Below the pieces are notes generated by a model. It worked only from the letters and a program-made list of their open reading frames with translations, had not been told where the DNA came from and did not search any database. A program made the translations under genes and the position numbers. DNA of 64,000 nt, from the IMG/VR virus record IMGVR_UViG_3300032006_002703, positions 32,001 through 96,000 of that record; one strand, written 5' to 3'. This document shows, piece by piece, positions 28,346 to 37,307 of the stretch; position 1 is the first letter of the stretch; each line of letters begins with the position of its first letter. Source of the DNA: a virus.

Positions 28346-30109
28346 GATTTGATGTGTGGGAAAATTGCTAGACACTCGTTTTTTGATAAAGTTATCAAAT
28401 TTAAGATCAATAGCTTCCTTGGTTGGCAAAGAATCCATCTCTCCGACTAAACTTTGAAATTCGGACTCTTTGAGTGTTGCATGGGTTTTTGAAATGTTAA
28501 ATTGATGTACCCTTCCAACTGGAGACTTTATGATAAGAATCTTATCCATAGACTCATCATGCTCAACGATCTTCTGTATTTCTGGCTTATCTATGAGCGC
28601 TTTTCTGTTAATCGTATTTTTAACTTGTTCGTATTTTTTGGTTATTTTTTCAGTAAGGTTAAAAAGTTCTTCGTTTCGTTTTTTGCTAAGGGCTATTTGC
28701 TTTTGAATACTGGCTAATTCTTCCGCGAGATCGCCTCTTCTTTGTTCTATATCTTGCTTGTCTCGTGTTAATTTTTTAATTTCTTTCTCAAGTTTATCTT
28801 TGCTTTTTAGCTTTTCTCTCGATACTTCGTCTAGTTCTTGCTTGTCTTTGTTTAATGCGCTAAGCTTTTCCCCTATTTCTTGACGAGCTTCGCTAAGTGC
28901 AACATCTCTTTTTTCAAGCTTACTCATCTCTTCTTCAATTTTTAATTTTCTTTCCTTAATGCAAGCGTCTTGATCGTCGAGGCTTTTACTTAAATCTTCG
29001 AGTTTTTTTTCTTTTTCGGTTAGCTTTCTCTCGTTAAAAGAAAGCTTTGGGAAATGTTTAATTAAGCTAATATTTGCCGCGATGACGAGTAATATTGCCA
29101 ATGGATCAAATACAAAAATTAATATAATTATTACTATCCTTACTGCTTGTGAGTTGTCAAAGGTTTTGCCTGTAGTATCTGTAATGAGCGCGGCAACATA
29201 TTTTATAGGCCCCACTTCCGCTTCCACTTCAAGCAGGGCGTCCTTAAGACTAAATTTCTCCTTATCTAAATCGTCTATCCTGTCCATTGCTTCGGCGATT
29301 AATTGGTTATATTTTTCAACATCTTCAACTACATTGTCTTCTGCGCTGTATTCTGATTCTTGGTAATTTTCTATTTTTTCCCTAAGTATTGCAACTTGTT
29401 TCTCTGTTGAACCCCGAGCTTCTTGGATTCTGGTGTTAATTGCTAGCATTTGTTTTGCTATAGATTCTCTTTCGGGCTTTTGCTTTTCTTTTAGCTCCTC
29501 TAGTTTTTTCTTTTTGTTCGAAAATAGCCCGCCCTTTGACTCCTCTAGGTCTGCGACCTCTTTGTTTAGTTCGTCTAGCCTTTTCTGGAGTCTCCCTAAT
29601 TCTTCTCTGTCGTATTCGATACTTCTTTCTAGGGCTTCATATAAATCTTTTATTTTTTGCCGCTCTCTTTCGATGTTGACTTCGCTTTTGTCTTCTGAGG
29701 ACTCAACTCTCTGTTCTGTTTTTTCTATTAGCTCTTTTTGGCGAGCAATATATTCTTTCTCTCTATTAATTTTATCGTCTATTTGCTTAATGGATGCTGC
29801 TGATTTATCCATAGTATGTTGGTGTTCTATATGAGCTTTAGAGAGAAATCCGAATATGCCCATGCTTGTTATCCCCATCAGGACGATTACTGCGCCAGTT
29901 AGGTAAGCTTTGATTAATCTCGGCGCCTCTTTCCAATTCCTATGGAGCCAGACCGCTGCGGCAATTTTACCTACTTCTAAAACTGCCCCCATGATTATTA
30001 CTGCAGAAGTAGAGCCAGGGAATATTGTGGCCAAGCCTATAATACTAAAATACGCTGCGATAGCAGATATACTAAGCGCGCAAAATAAAGTAAGTAATGC
30101 AAAGTACAT
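28328..30109 (-). CDS. multi-TM membrane protein with long coiled coils
   Basis: Three N-terminal hydrophobic helices, a coiled coil, VGPIKY...IFVFDPLAILL TM segment, then a second coiled coil. Confidence 0.7.
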   Translation of the reverse strand: MYFALLTLFCALSISAIAAYFSIIGLATIFPGSTSAVIIMGAVLEVGKIAAAVWLHRNWKEAPRLIKAYLTGAVIVLMGITSMGIFGFLSKAHIEHQHTMDKSAASIKQIDDKINREKEYIARQKELIEKTEQRVESSEDKSEVNIERERQKIKDLYEALERSIEYDREELGRLQKRLDELNKEVADLEESKGGLFSNKKKKLEELKEKQKPERESIAKQMLAINTRIQEARGSTEKQVAILREKIENYQESEYSAEDNVVEDVEKYNQLIAEAMDRIDDLDKEKFSLKDALLEVEAEVGPIKYVAALITDTTGKTFDNSQAVRIVIIILIFVFDPLAILLVIAANISLIKHFPKLSFNERKLTEKEKKLEDLSKSLDDQDACIKERKLKIEEEMSKLEKRDVALSEARQEIGEKLSALNKDKQELDEVSREKLKSKDKLEKEIKKLTRDKQDIEQRRGDLAEELASIQKQIALSKKRNEELFNLTEKITKKYEQVKNTINRKALIDKPEIQKIVEHDESMDKILIIKSPVGRVHQFNISKTHATLKESEFQSLVGEMDSLPTKEAIDLKFDNFIKKRVSSNFPTHQILTLKD

Positions 30110-30113
30110 TGAT

Positions 30114-31268
30114 TTATGTATTATTTAAGTTTCTACTGGAGTTTGGATATTGAAATGCTGCGTCGAATTCTGAAGATCCAGCTATTGTCGCTCTATTGCT
30201 ATTTGCGTAATGCCCTTTTTTGTCATTTCCGTAATAGCCAGTCTCGCCTTTAACTTTTGTAAGATCTGGCGTTTGGTTAGAGGTGGGAATGTGAATTGTT
30301 TCTCCAGCGGCATTAATTGCATATTTATAAGTCGCCCAAGATGCCCCGTCAATCACTAAATTTTGGTCAGTCCATATTGAGTTATCGCCGCTGGTTGTTT
30401 CTTCGAGTAAATTTAAAAACTCATACCTTTGTAATCTCGAAGTTAGCGTCCCAAGGTCGCCTGTATCATTTTCATTGCCTGTAAATCCGTCCTCTGGCAC
30501 CTGTTTCCCAAGTGGAATCCAGGAAGGAAGGATAGTGTTGTCCGCGCTACGCCTTGGAAAGGAGGGTGAGGGGTGTGTGGTTGGAGGTACTGTCCCGCTT
30601 GCTTTATAATACATTCCGTCCGAGTCCTTAATGATGGAGTTGTTTGAGTATGTGGCTAGAGGGTCTCTATTCGATGCGCCATCTATTTGCGCCTGAGTTA
30701 AGGTTGACATCGCTGCAATAACTAGCGGCTGACTTGCAGTTTCTGAATCGGATATTCTGGCGATTATGAGCGGGGCCGAGTTTGTCCCATCCGCCTTAGT
30801 ACCATGAGTTCCCCTTGACCAATGCGAAAAAGAGGTATTCCAATAAGGCTCGTTTGCTAAGGGCGCAAAGCATGCATACCTTACTTTAATTTTTTTCCAT
30901 TTATTACTTAAGCTAGGGCTTGTTGCTAAATCTCCTCCGCTAATATCACTAATCAGCTGAAAGTAGTCTTCAGAGTCAGACCCGACAATGTCCCCTATGA
31001 CATAAGGCTGTCCGTTTACCCATGGCGCTATATTGGGGTCGTCATAGTTGAGTTTAGTTGTAAATTCTGCGGTCCCCGCATTTACTGTGGATTCTGTTTT
31101 ATTATCTAGCCAATGTTGCACCCAGAATGTTTGATTATATCTGTATTCACCAGCTCCAATGCTAATGCCAGTGATTTTAAACGTTTCCTTTGGTACGGGA
31201 GATCGAAAGTCAACAATTGTGTAGGGGTGGGGGCGGGAATCGTTTGAATATCTAAAGGAGGAGTTCAT
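30114..31268 (-). CDS. hypothetical (probably virion) protein with short carbohydrate-binding-like modules
   Basis: PWVNGQPYVIGDIV...YF...P.....W resembles CBM5/12-like repeats; GTGTA-N9-ATG. Confidence 0.45.
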   Translation of the reverse strand: MNSSFRYSNDSRPHPYTIVDFRSPVPKETFKITGISIGAGEYRYNQTFWVQHWLDNKTESTVNAGTAEFTTKLNYDDPNIAPWVNGQPYVIGDIVGSDSEDYFQLISDISGGDLATSPSLSNKWKKIKVRYACFAPLANEPYWNTSFSHWSRGTHGTKADGTNSAPLIIARISDSETASQPLVIAAMSTLTQAQIDGASNRDPLATYSNNSIIKDSDGMYYKASGTVPPTTHPSPSFPRRSADNTILPSWIPLGKQVPEDGFTGNENDTGDLGTLTSRLQRYEFLNLLEETTSGDNSIWTDQNLVIDGASWATYKYAINAAGETIHIPTSNQTPDLTKVKGETGYYGNDKKGHYANSNRATIAGSSEFDAAFQYPNSSRNLNNT

Positions 31269-31276
31269 GTCTTTTA

Positions 31277-31852
31277 TTACACCTCTTTGTTTGGCTTCGG
31301 GCAGATTTTTGAAATCATTTGATTTCTATTTTTCCCCGCATAGTACCAATGCCAGGCAATATCTTCCCTCATTTTTTTAATTTCAGCCTCCTTTTTATTG
31401 AGTTGATTCTCTAGTAGATCTAAGCACCTCATGTCAAGATGTGATAGGTCAATTTCTAACTCGACTGCTATCTTTAGTAGAGAATCTACGTCCTTTTTGT
31501 TTTTTGCCTTCGTTGCTTTATTATAGAGGGCTTGTTTTTTCTCTGCTTCGCTTTTTGGTTTATTTATAAGTTTGTCTGGGTGGGTTAGGATTACAATTTT
31601 TCTATAAAGGTCTTTTATCTGTGTTGAGGAAAATATTAGATCCTCTTGTTCTGTTGCTGCTTTTTTTCCTGGAGGGTCTTGGGTTAGGGGGTTTGGTATG
31701 TCGTTTTCTTTGCAATGAGTTATTATTGCCTCTACCCATTCCTTTTTAGCTTCTAGGAAAATTTCTCTGGTTTCATTATAATCTAATTCTATATATTTAG
31801 ATTTATATTTAAGTTTTCGAAACCTGGAGGATTTTTGTTCGTCAGGATTCAT
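31277..31852 (-). CDS. J-domain (DnaJ-like) co-chaperone protein
   Basis: IKDLYRKIVILTHPDK...YNKATKAK (HPD motif). Confidence 0.72.
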   Translation of the reverse strand: MNPDEQKSSRFRKLKYKSKYIELDYNETREIFLEAKKEWVEAIITHCKENDIPNPLTQDPPGKKAATEQEDLIFSSTQIKDLYRKIVILTHPDKLINKPKSEAEKKQALYNKATKAKNKKDVDSLLKIAVELEIDLSHLDMRCLDLLENQLNKKEAEIKKMREDIAWHWYYAGKNRNQMISKICPKPNKEV

Positions 31853-31866
31853 GCAGCTAAATACAC

Positions 31867-31897
31867 AAAAAAAAGGGCGGGGAAAGCCCCCGCCCTT
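31867..31897 (-). terminator. Rho-independent terminator of the 31921-32883 gene
   Basis: Minus strand reads aaGGGCGGGGgctttCCCCGCCC followed by a T run. Confidence 0.85.
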
Positions 31898-31920
31898 AGG
31901 TTAACAGTTTATCTCAACTA

Positions 31921-32883
31921 TTACAATGAAGCAATATAGTCGAGGCTATAATCTGCGCTAGGCGTTTCATCCGAGAAGATGAAGGTAGCCCCCGAGGTGG
32001 AGACTCCACTTAGCTGTACAGCAAGAATAGGATCGCCTGCAGAATTCCTAAGCATTCCCATGATTTTGGGAGCAGAGGAAAACGTTTGAGAGAACGTAAT
32101 TGCCTTGGAGGCAAGGTTGTTCCCTATTGCGACAGAACCTACTTCGGATTCACCGTCAAGATCGCTTACGGCAGTACTTAGCGTAGCGATGTTGGTCGAA
32201 TTAGCCTTCATGCCTGTAGAAACGGTGTTCTTCGCGGCACTCAATGTGCTGATCGCCTGAGAGCGAGCTGTAGACTCACTGACTACTGCGGAAGAAACGG
32301 TGTTCTTCGAGGCACTCAATGTGCTAACGGCATTCGAACGAGCTGTAGACTCACTGACTACTGCGGAAGAAACGGTGTTCTTTGCGGCACTCAATGTGCT
32401 GATCGCCTGGGAACGAGCTGTAGACTCACTGATTACTGCGGAAGAAACGGTGTTCTTCGCGGCACTCAATGTGCTGATCGCCTGGGAACGAGCTGTAGAC
32501 TCACTGACTACTGCGGAAGAAACGGTGTTCTTCGCGGCACTCAATGTGCTAACGGCATTCGAACGAGCTGTAGACTCACTGACTACTGCGGAAGAAACGG
32601 TGTTCTTCGCGGCACTCAATGTGCTGATCGCCTGAGAGCGAGCTGTAGACTCACTGACTACTGCGGAAGAAACGGTGTTCTTCGCGGCACTCAATGTGCT
32701 AACGGCATTCGAACGAGCTGTAGACTCAGTGGTTACTGCGGAAGAAACGGTGTTAAGATCATCGTCGAGGGCGAGATCTTTTGCACCGCTACCAGAGTCA
32801 ACCGTGAGCTTGCTCGAGACTGCGTTATTAGCTAGAATGGCTCCGCCATTTAGCTTGACTTTCTCTGTGTTGAAGATAGCCAT
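31921..32883 (-). CDS. fibre-like virion protein with 25-aa coiled-coil repeats and a small C-terminal beta domain
   Basis: Seven (NTVSSAVVSESTARS[N/Q]A[V/I]STLSAAK) repeats; C-terminal ITFSQTFSSAPKI...VSTSGATF. Confidence 0.65.
   Translation of the reverse strand: MAIFNTEKVKLNGGAILANNAVSSKLTVDSGSGAKDLALDDDLNTVSSAVTTESTARSNAVSTLSAAKNTVSSAVVSESTARSQAISTLSAAKNTVSSAVVSESTARSNAVSTLSAAKNTVSSAVVSESTARSQAISTLSAAKNTVSSAVISESTARSQAISTLSAAKNTVSSAVVSESTARSNAVSTLSASKNTVSSAVVSESTARSQAISTLSAAKNTVSTGMKANSTNIATLSTAVSDLDGESEVGSVAIGNNLASKAITFSQTFSSAPKIMGMLRNSAGDPILAVQLSGVSTSGATFIFSDETPSADYSLDYIASL
32221..32754. repeat. 75-bp coding tandem repeat, about 7 copies, two alternating variants
   Basis: aacggtgtt recurs at 32221, 32296, 32371, 32446, 32521, 32596, 32671 and 32746. 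Confidence 0.95.
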
Positions 32884-32934
32884 ACTTATATGTACAAAGA
32901 AAACTAGCTTTGTGGGAACAGTCTGATATGATTT

Positions 32935-34314
32935 TTATAAAATATTTTCAGCATACATTTTCATATACAAAAATTTACTGCTTTCGGTGTAACTAGAGAA
33001 GTTCCGTAAGAAAGGATTCTTTTCGCTTTGAGGGCAATGGTCGAGGCAAAGTCTCTCGTCATCAATAATTTTAAAATTAAAGCCAGACGGGTCCGAGGCT
33101 TTTAATATTTCTTTAAAATCTGATTCCCCATTTGCTTTTTCTAATAAATTTTTGGTATACTGATGACACTTAATCATGCACGCTTCACTTTTTTCGCTTA
33201 ATATTAAATACTTAGTAGTGTTTTTGAAAAAATCTTCAATCATATTTTCTGGATTACAAATAAGCATGGAGTCTGTAATAAAGAGTATGTATTTATGTTC
33301 ATTAATATGACTTGCTATGGCTCGATACTTTTCCGTTCCTTGTTCTCTATATATATAAGCAGTATAATTATGTTTGTTTGCGTATCTTAAAACGTTATTC
33401 TCTGCCTCGATCGAATGACGCCCTTCGTTGGAGATGGTTATCACTGCAACATCCTGGCCAGTGTTGTAGGAAATGTTCCCTTCTTTTGTTGAGGCTTCTT
33501 GTACTGAGGTGGGAACGTATCTACTTGCAAATTCTGTTACATCTTGCTTCTTTTGGGTTTTTTGTGCAATTGGACTTTCGAAAGAATAGTTAAATAACTC
33601 TAGGTCTTTTTTGTATACAGACTCAACAATAGCTCTGGATTCTTCGTCGTAATACTCGCTGTAATGCTTTTTTCTTTTTTGATTTCTTATTTTGGGGAGA
33701 GTTGCATTTTTAATGTTAATTTTTTTACAGATATAGTTGAAATCTTTTTCAATATTCTCAAATTTTCCTACATATGAAACAAAAGGTTTTCCGTTATCGG
33801 AATCCGCCTCTTCGGGATCATAGAGGAATTTATATTGCGGGAGGAAGTGGACGTTATATTTTGTCACTGGGTCACAAAGATCATCTTTAGTTAGATAGCT
33901 TTTACAGAATTCTGTGAAGCTTGAAAAATTAAAGTCTGGATCTGTATTTCCCTCGTTACCCTCAAACTCTTTCCTTCTTGAAGCGTAAGTATAGGCTGAA
34001 ACTACCCTATCAAAAGGGTTTCTTACGAAGGCGCAGGAAAAATAGGATGGGTCATCGATGTAGGGCTGAACCAGGAATTTATTAATTGGGTAAAACGGAT
34101 GGGCATAATCAACTGAATTTTCAAAATATAAAGAATTCTTTTTTTCGTTAAATATAGAGACTCGAATCTTTTTAAAGCCATCCGAGGATTCTACGCCTCT
34201 TATCATGGCTTGTTGAGAGCCGTAATTCCCCTCTCCCCAGACCATATTCATGCTAGAGCCTGCTGTTTTGGGAATATGGATAAATATAAATTTATGTTCT
34301 TTTGAGATAATCAT
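32935..34314 (-). CDS. sulfotransferase family 2 (carbohydrate sulfotransferase-like) fused to a degenerate glycosyltransferase-like domain
   Basis: FIHIPKTAGSS (5'-PSB), FVRNPFDRVVSAY (3'-PB), HFLPQ, VGKFENIEKDF, YKKDLELFNY; C-terminal YANKHNY region. Confidence 0.8.
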   Translation of the reverse strand: MIISKEHKFIFIHIPKTAGSSMNMVWGEGNYGSQQAMIRGVESSDGFKKIRVSIFNEKKNSLYFENSVDYAHPFYPINKFLVQPYIDDPSYFSCAFVRNPFDRVVSAYTYASRRKEFEGNEGNTDPDFNFSSFTEFCKSYLTKDDLCDPVTKYNVHFLPQYKFLYDPEEADSDNGKPFVSYVGKFENIEKDFNYICKKINIKNATLPKIRNQKRKKHYSEYYDEESRAIVESVYKKDLELFNYSFESPIAQKTQKKQDVTEFASRYVPTSVQEASTKEGNISYNTGQDVAVITISNEGRHSIEAENNVLRYANKHNYTAYIYREQGTEKYRAIASHINEHKYILFITDSMLICNPENMIEDFFKNTTKYLILSEKSEACMIKCHQYTKNLLEKANGESDFKEILKASDPSGFNFKIIDDERLCLDHCPQSEKNPFLRNFSSYTESSKFLYMKMYAENIL

Positions 34315-34983
34315 TTAAAAATCGTATTTGAAAAAATCTATGTCTTTTTTGTATATGCTTGCCACCTCGTCTATGCATTTTTGTGATTTATAGTACTCTT
34401 GGTAGGGCCTGGGGTCGGGAGTTGAATTTACGTGAGGTAGCGTTTCTTCGGTTATGTTTAATTTTTTACACACGTAATTAAAATCATTTTGAAGATTTTC
34501 AAATCTTCCGATAAAATCTAAATTCATCTCATTTTTCTCGTTTGTGATAAAATTTAACTGTGGTCCGCTAAACATATATTTTCTGTGTGGGTTCCACCAA
34601 TGCGCATTTTGAGCTAATTTTATCATCTTCCAGAAATCAAAAACAAACTCCTCGAATCCTATGTTTGGTATTGAGGTCCCTCCAATATCCGCCCATCCTA
34701 GACTTTGGGAAGCAGGAGCTTTGGGGCACTTTAGATGTTTCCAAAGAGATACCATACGACTCCATGGGTTTCGCACAAAGGTAAAGGTGAAGTAATCGTT
34801 AAGGGGATCCGTCATTGATACGTCATATTCAATTATTGAGTCATGTTTTGTGGGCCAATTCCAATTAGGATCCTCAGATATTGTGGTGGCGTCCTTGAAT
34901 TTTTCTTTTAAAACCAACTCAATACTGCAACCTGCAGTCTTAGGTATATGAATGTAGATGAACTTGTCTATTTTTGAGATCAT
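34315..34983 (-). CDS. sulfotransferase family 2 protein
   Basis: YIHIPKTAGCS, FVRNPWSRMVS, IGRFENLQNDF, YKKDIDFFKY. Confidence 0.85.
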   Translation of the reverse strand: MISKIDKFIYIHIPKTAGCSIELVLKEKFKDATTISEDPNWNWPTKHDSIIEYDVSMTDPLNDYFTFTFVRNPWSRMVSLWKHLKCPKAPASQSLGWADIGGTSIPNIGFEEFVFDFWKMIKLAQNAHWWNPHRKYMFSGPQLNFITNEKNEMNLDFIGRFENLQNDFNYVCKKLNITEETLPHVNSTPDPRPYQEYYKSQKCIDEVASIYKKDIDFFKYDF

Positions 34984-36089
34984 AAGATTTTGACTATTGT
35001 ATCATAAGCGTTAATATTTTTTTGATTAGTTGTGCTGAATTTCGCTAGGCATTCTTTTGCTTGGCCTTTGTAATAATCTAGATTTTCATCGTGCATTGTT
35101 AGGGCATAGCGAAGCTGATTTACTGCATTTTGTATGTTTCTTACGTCATAATAGTAAGCAAACTCTTTAATTGCTTCCGAGTTATGAAGTAAGGGAAACC
35201 CTAGGTGAAGAAATTCTAAATGTCTAACTTCGAGATCTCCCTGCAAGTGGTTTGTTATTATTACTTTGCCCCACCTACTTAAGGCTTGCGGGTTTCTCCA
35301 TTTATTGTTTAAAAAGACTTTCGGTGGGGTCAACTTACAAATGGATAGGTTTGCTGACAGTTGTTTAAAGCGGGTGCTTGTTCGTATCTTTTCGCAATTT
35401 GTAATAATAACTTTATCTATTATATCTGGATGTTTATGGTTGAGCTTTTCGCATATTGCAAGCGGTAGTAGACATGTTGAGGTTATATTTTTATTTTCCT
35501 CGAATATGCAAACCGTATTCTTTTCTTCGCTTTTATAAAAAGGAGATTTTCCTTTTATTTTTAAGTCTCTTATCTCTTCTCCAAGAAACTTGGAGTCCCA
35601 AATTAGCGGTACGGTTTTCGCTGGACAGGCGTACGTTGCCTCTAAATAAGGAATCGTTCTCGCTAAATGGTCCCAGGTCCAAATTTGATCAAATTGACGA
35701 ATTAATCTTTGGGGAGGATTTGGGTGATTTGAGGTGGACATTTCACTGTCTAACATGTAGTGATCTTCAAGGCATAGATAAATGAATTTACAAGTTGGAT
35801 TTTTACGCTTTAGTTCCTTGGCTACGTCTGCTTCATATTGAAAACCAGCTTCAATGCAAACATCAAAAGGAGTTGGTGATTTTTCATGAGGATCGAATCT
35901 GGCTAAAAAATGACCCGCCCTTAATATGTCAAACCCAGAGCTTTTGTGTCGTGGATTGAATTTTTTATTTGTTACCAAAAAACATTTATGGCCAGCACGA
36001 GCTAAGGTATCCGCAATAAAAATTATTAACTGATTTATTGAGGAGTTTCTTGGGTTGATTGCTGTGTTAATTGTTATCCCTATGTTCAT
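34980..36089 (-). CDS. DUF2827-like protein (putative GT-B glycosyltransferase)
   Basis: MNIGIT start, IWT...VPLIW, IFEENKNITST, LHLGFPLLHNS...YYY. Paralog of the adjacent gene. Confidence 0.65.
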   Translation of the reverse strand: MNIGITINTAINPRNSSINQLIIFIADTLARAGHKCFLVTNKKFNPRHKSSGFDILRAGHFLARFDPHEKSPTPFDVCIEAGFQYEADVAKELKRKNPTCKFIYLCLEDHYMLDSEMSTSNHPNPPQRLIRQFDQIWTWDHLARTIPYLEATYACPAKTVPLIWDSKFLGEEIRDLKIKGKSPFYKSEEKNTVCIFEENKNITSTCLLPLAICEKLNHKHPDIIDKVIITNCEKIRTSTRFKQLSANLSICKLTPPKVFLNNKWRNPQALSRWGKVIITNHLQGDLEVRHLEFLHLGFPLLHNSEAIKEFAYYYDVRNIQNAVNQLRYALTMHDENLDYYKGQAKECLAKFSTTNQKNINAYDTIVKIL

Positions 36090-37186
36090 AGAAGATCTTT
36101 ATAAGCCTGTTGGACGGCGGGGTTGTCTGGGTTGTATCTCCAAATTATTTGTTTACCCCTTTCTTTGTAATCTTCTAGATTATCATTATGGTTTGATATT
36201 GCATTTTTTAATGCTGAAACTCCTTGTTTTAGAGCAAATCCAGGATAATAGTAGCCTGCTTCATTTTTTATAAATTCTGAATTATGAATAAGGGGTATAC
36301 CCAGATAGAGCGCTTCTAAATAGGTATAGTTTAGCGCGTTCATGTGTTGATGGGAAACAATGTAGTTGCAGTGCTCTGAAAAAATAAATGGGAATGGAAA
36401 TCTTTTTTCGAAGAACATCTTCCCGTCTTGCACTAAATCTAATTGCAGAAAATAGTTAGAAAAGTAACTTTCATCTGCAAAGTGATCACTGCCCCAAATA
36501 TGAACCGAGTTTATTGCGTCTGCATTTTCATTATAAAGCCCCTCTGATATAAGTGCGGGACATATGCAATTTTTTACAATATTATTCGGTTCCGTTATTG
36601 CAATGTTTACATTTTCTGAAGGACTGTAAAAGGCGGTTTTGTCTTTTTGGTTTAATTTCTTTTCTTCATTTTCTATAGTTTCTGAGGACCATATGTAGGG
36701 AATGAATTTTACGCTCTCTGTTTCATTTGTAATTTTATAGTAATCTATAGAATAGTCATAATGGGGGGAGGTCCATACTTCGTCTACGCTTCTCTGTCTT
36801 CCCATTCCTCCTCCATTTGATCCATTGATGCAAAATTCAAGATCTATGAAGAGTCTTGGGCCATAATTGACTTGTATGATTTTAATTGATGGATTTCGGT
36901 TTCTTAATATTTTTATCCAATCCTCTCCCCAGGTTATAGCTGCTTGTATAAATAGATCACATTTTATATCCTGATCCATGACCTCCTTCATTGAACAAAC
37001 TTCGTAGTTGTCCAATAAAACTTTTTTATTTACCGCTATGTTTTCGTCTTCTAGGGCATGTTTTTCTGCAACAAGTAAGGTTTCGTGCCCAAGAGACTGA
37101 AATATATTATATAAAGCGAAAATATTTTGATTTTGTCCGTTCGAAAATATTCCCGTGCTAAAGTCTGCTGTTATAAGAATCCTCAT
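36086..37186 (-). CDS. DUF2827-like protein (putative GT-B glycosyltransferase)
   Basis: IFSNGQNQN, VWTSPH, PYIWS, EPN.IVK...P, VSHQHMNALNYTYLEALYLGIPLIHNS. Confidence 0.72.
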   Translation of the reverse strand: MRILITADFSTGIFSNGQNQNIFALYNIFQSLGHETLLVAEKHALEDENIAVNKKVLLDNYEVCSMKEVMDQDIKCDLFIQAAITWGEDWIKILRNRNPSIKIIQVNYGPRLFIDLEFCINGSNGGGMGRQRSVDEVWTSPHYDYSIDYYKITNETESVKFIPYIWSSETIENEEKKLNQKDKTAFYSPSENVNIAITEPNNIVKNCICPALISEGLYNENADAINSVHIWGSDHFADESYFSNYFLQLDLVQDGKMFFEKRFPFPFIFSEHCNYIVSHQHMNALNYTYLEALYLGIPLIHNSEFIKNEAGYYYPGFALKQGVSALKNAISNHNDNLEDYKERGKQIIWRYNPDNPAVQQAYKDLL

Positions 37187-37291
37187 CTTGATCAGAATGT
37201 ACACTGTTATTTAAAAGGAAAGAATAAAACTCTGCCTATTAAAAAGTCTCCAAAGTAACTTTTAACTTTTCATGTAACTTTAATAAAGTTT

Positions 37292-37296
37292 GTGTA
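37292..37296 (+). promoter_or_regulatory. GTGTA motif upstream of the portal gene (divergent partner at 37200-37204)
   Basis: GTGTA-N11-ATG(37308); on the minus strand GTGTA-N13-ATG(37186). Confidence 0.55.
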
Positions 37297-37307
37297 TTAT
37301 AACTCTG

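Noticed and set aside
32221-32754. 75-bp repeats as a CRISPR array
   Set aside because: The repeats are contiguous with no unique spacers, are a multiple of 3 in length and lie in frame within a CDS; no cas operon is nearby.
32300-32926. Antisense and alternative-frame ORFs (e.g. 32300-32635, 32675-32926, 51809-52222, 19595-20152, 27359-27769)
   Set aside because: They are shadows of well-supported genes or artefacts of stop-free repeats, with no motifs or start signals.
37205-37290. tRNA or structured ncRNA in intergenic gaps
   Set aside because: The gaps are short and AT-rich with no cloverleaf or T-loop motifs. Only a short imperfect (gt)aacttt repeat is present here, too weak to call.
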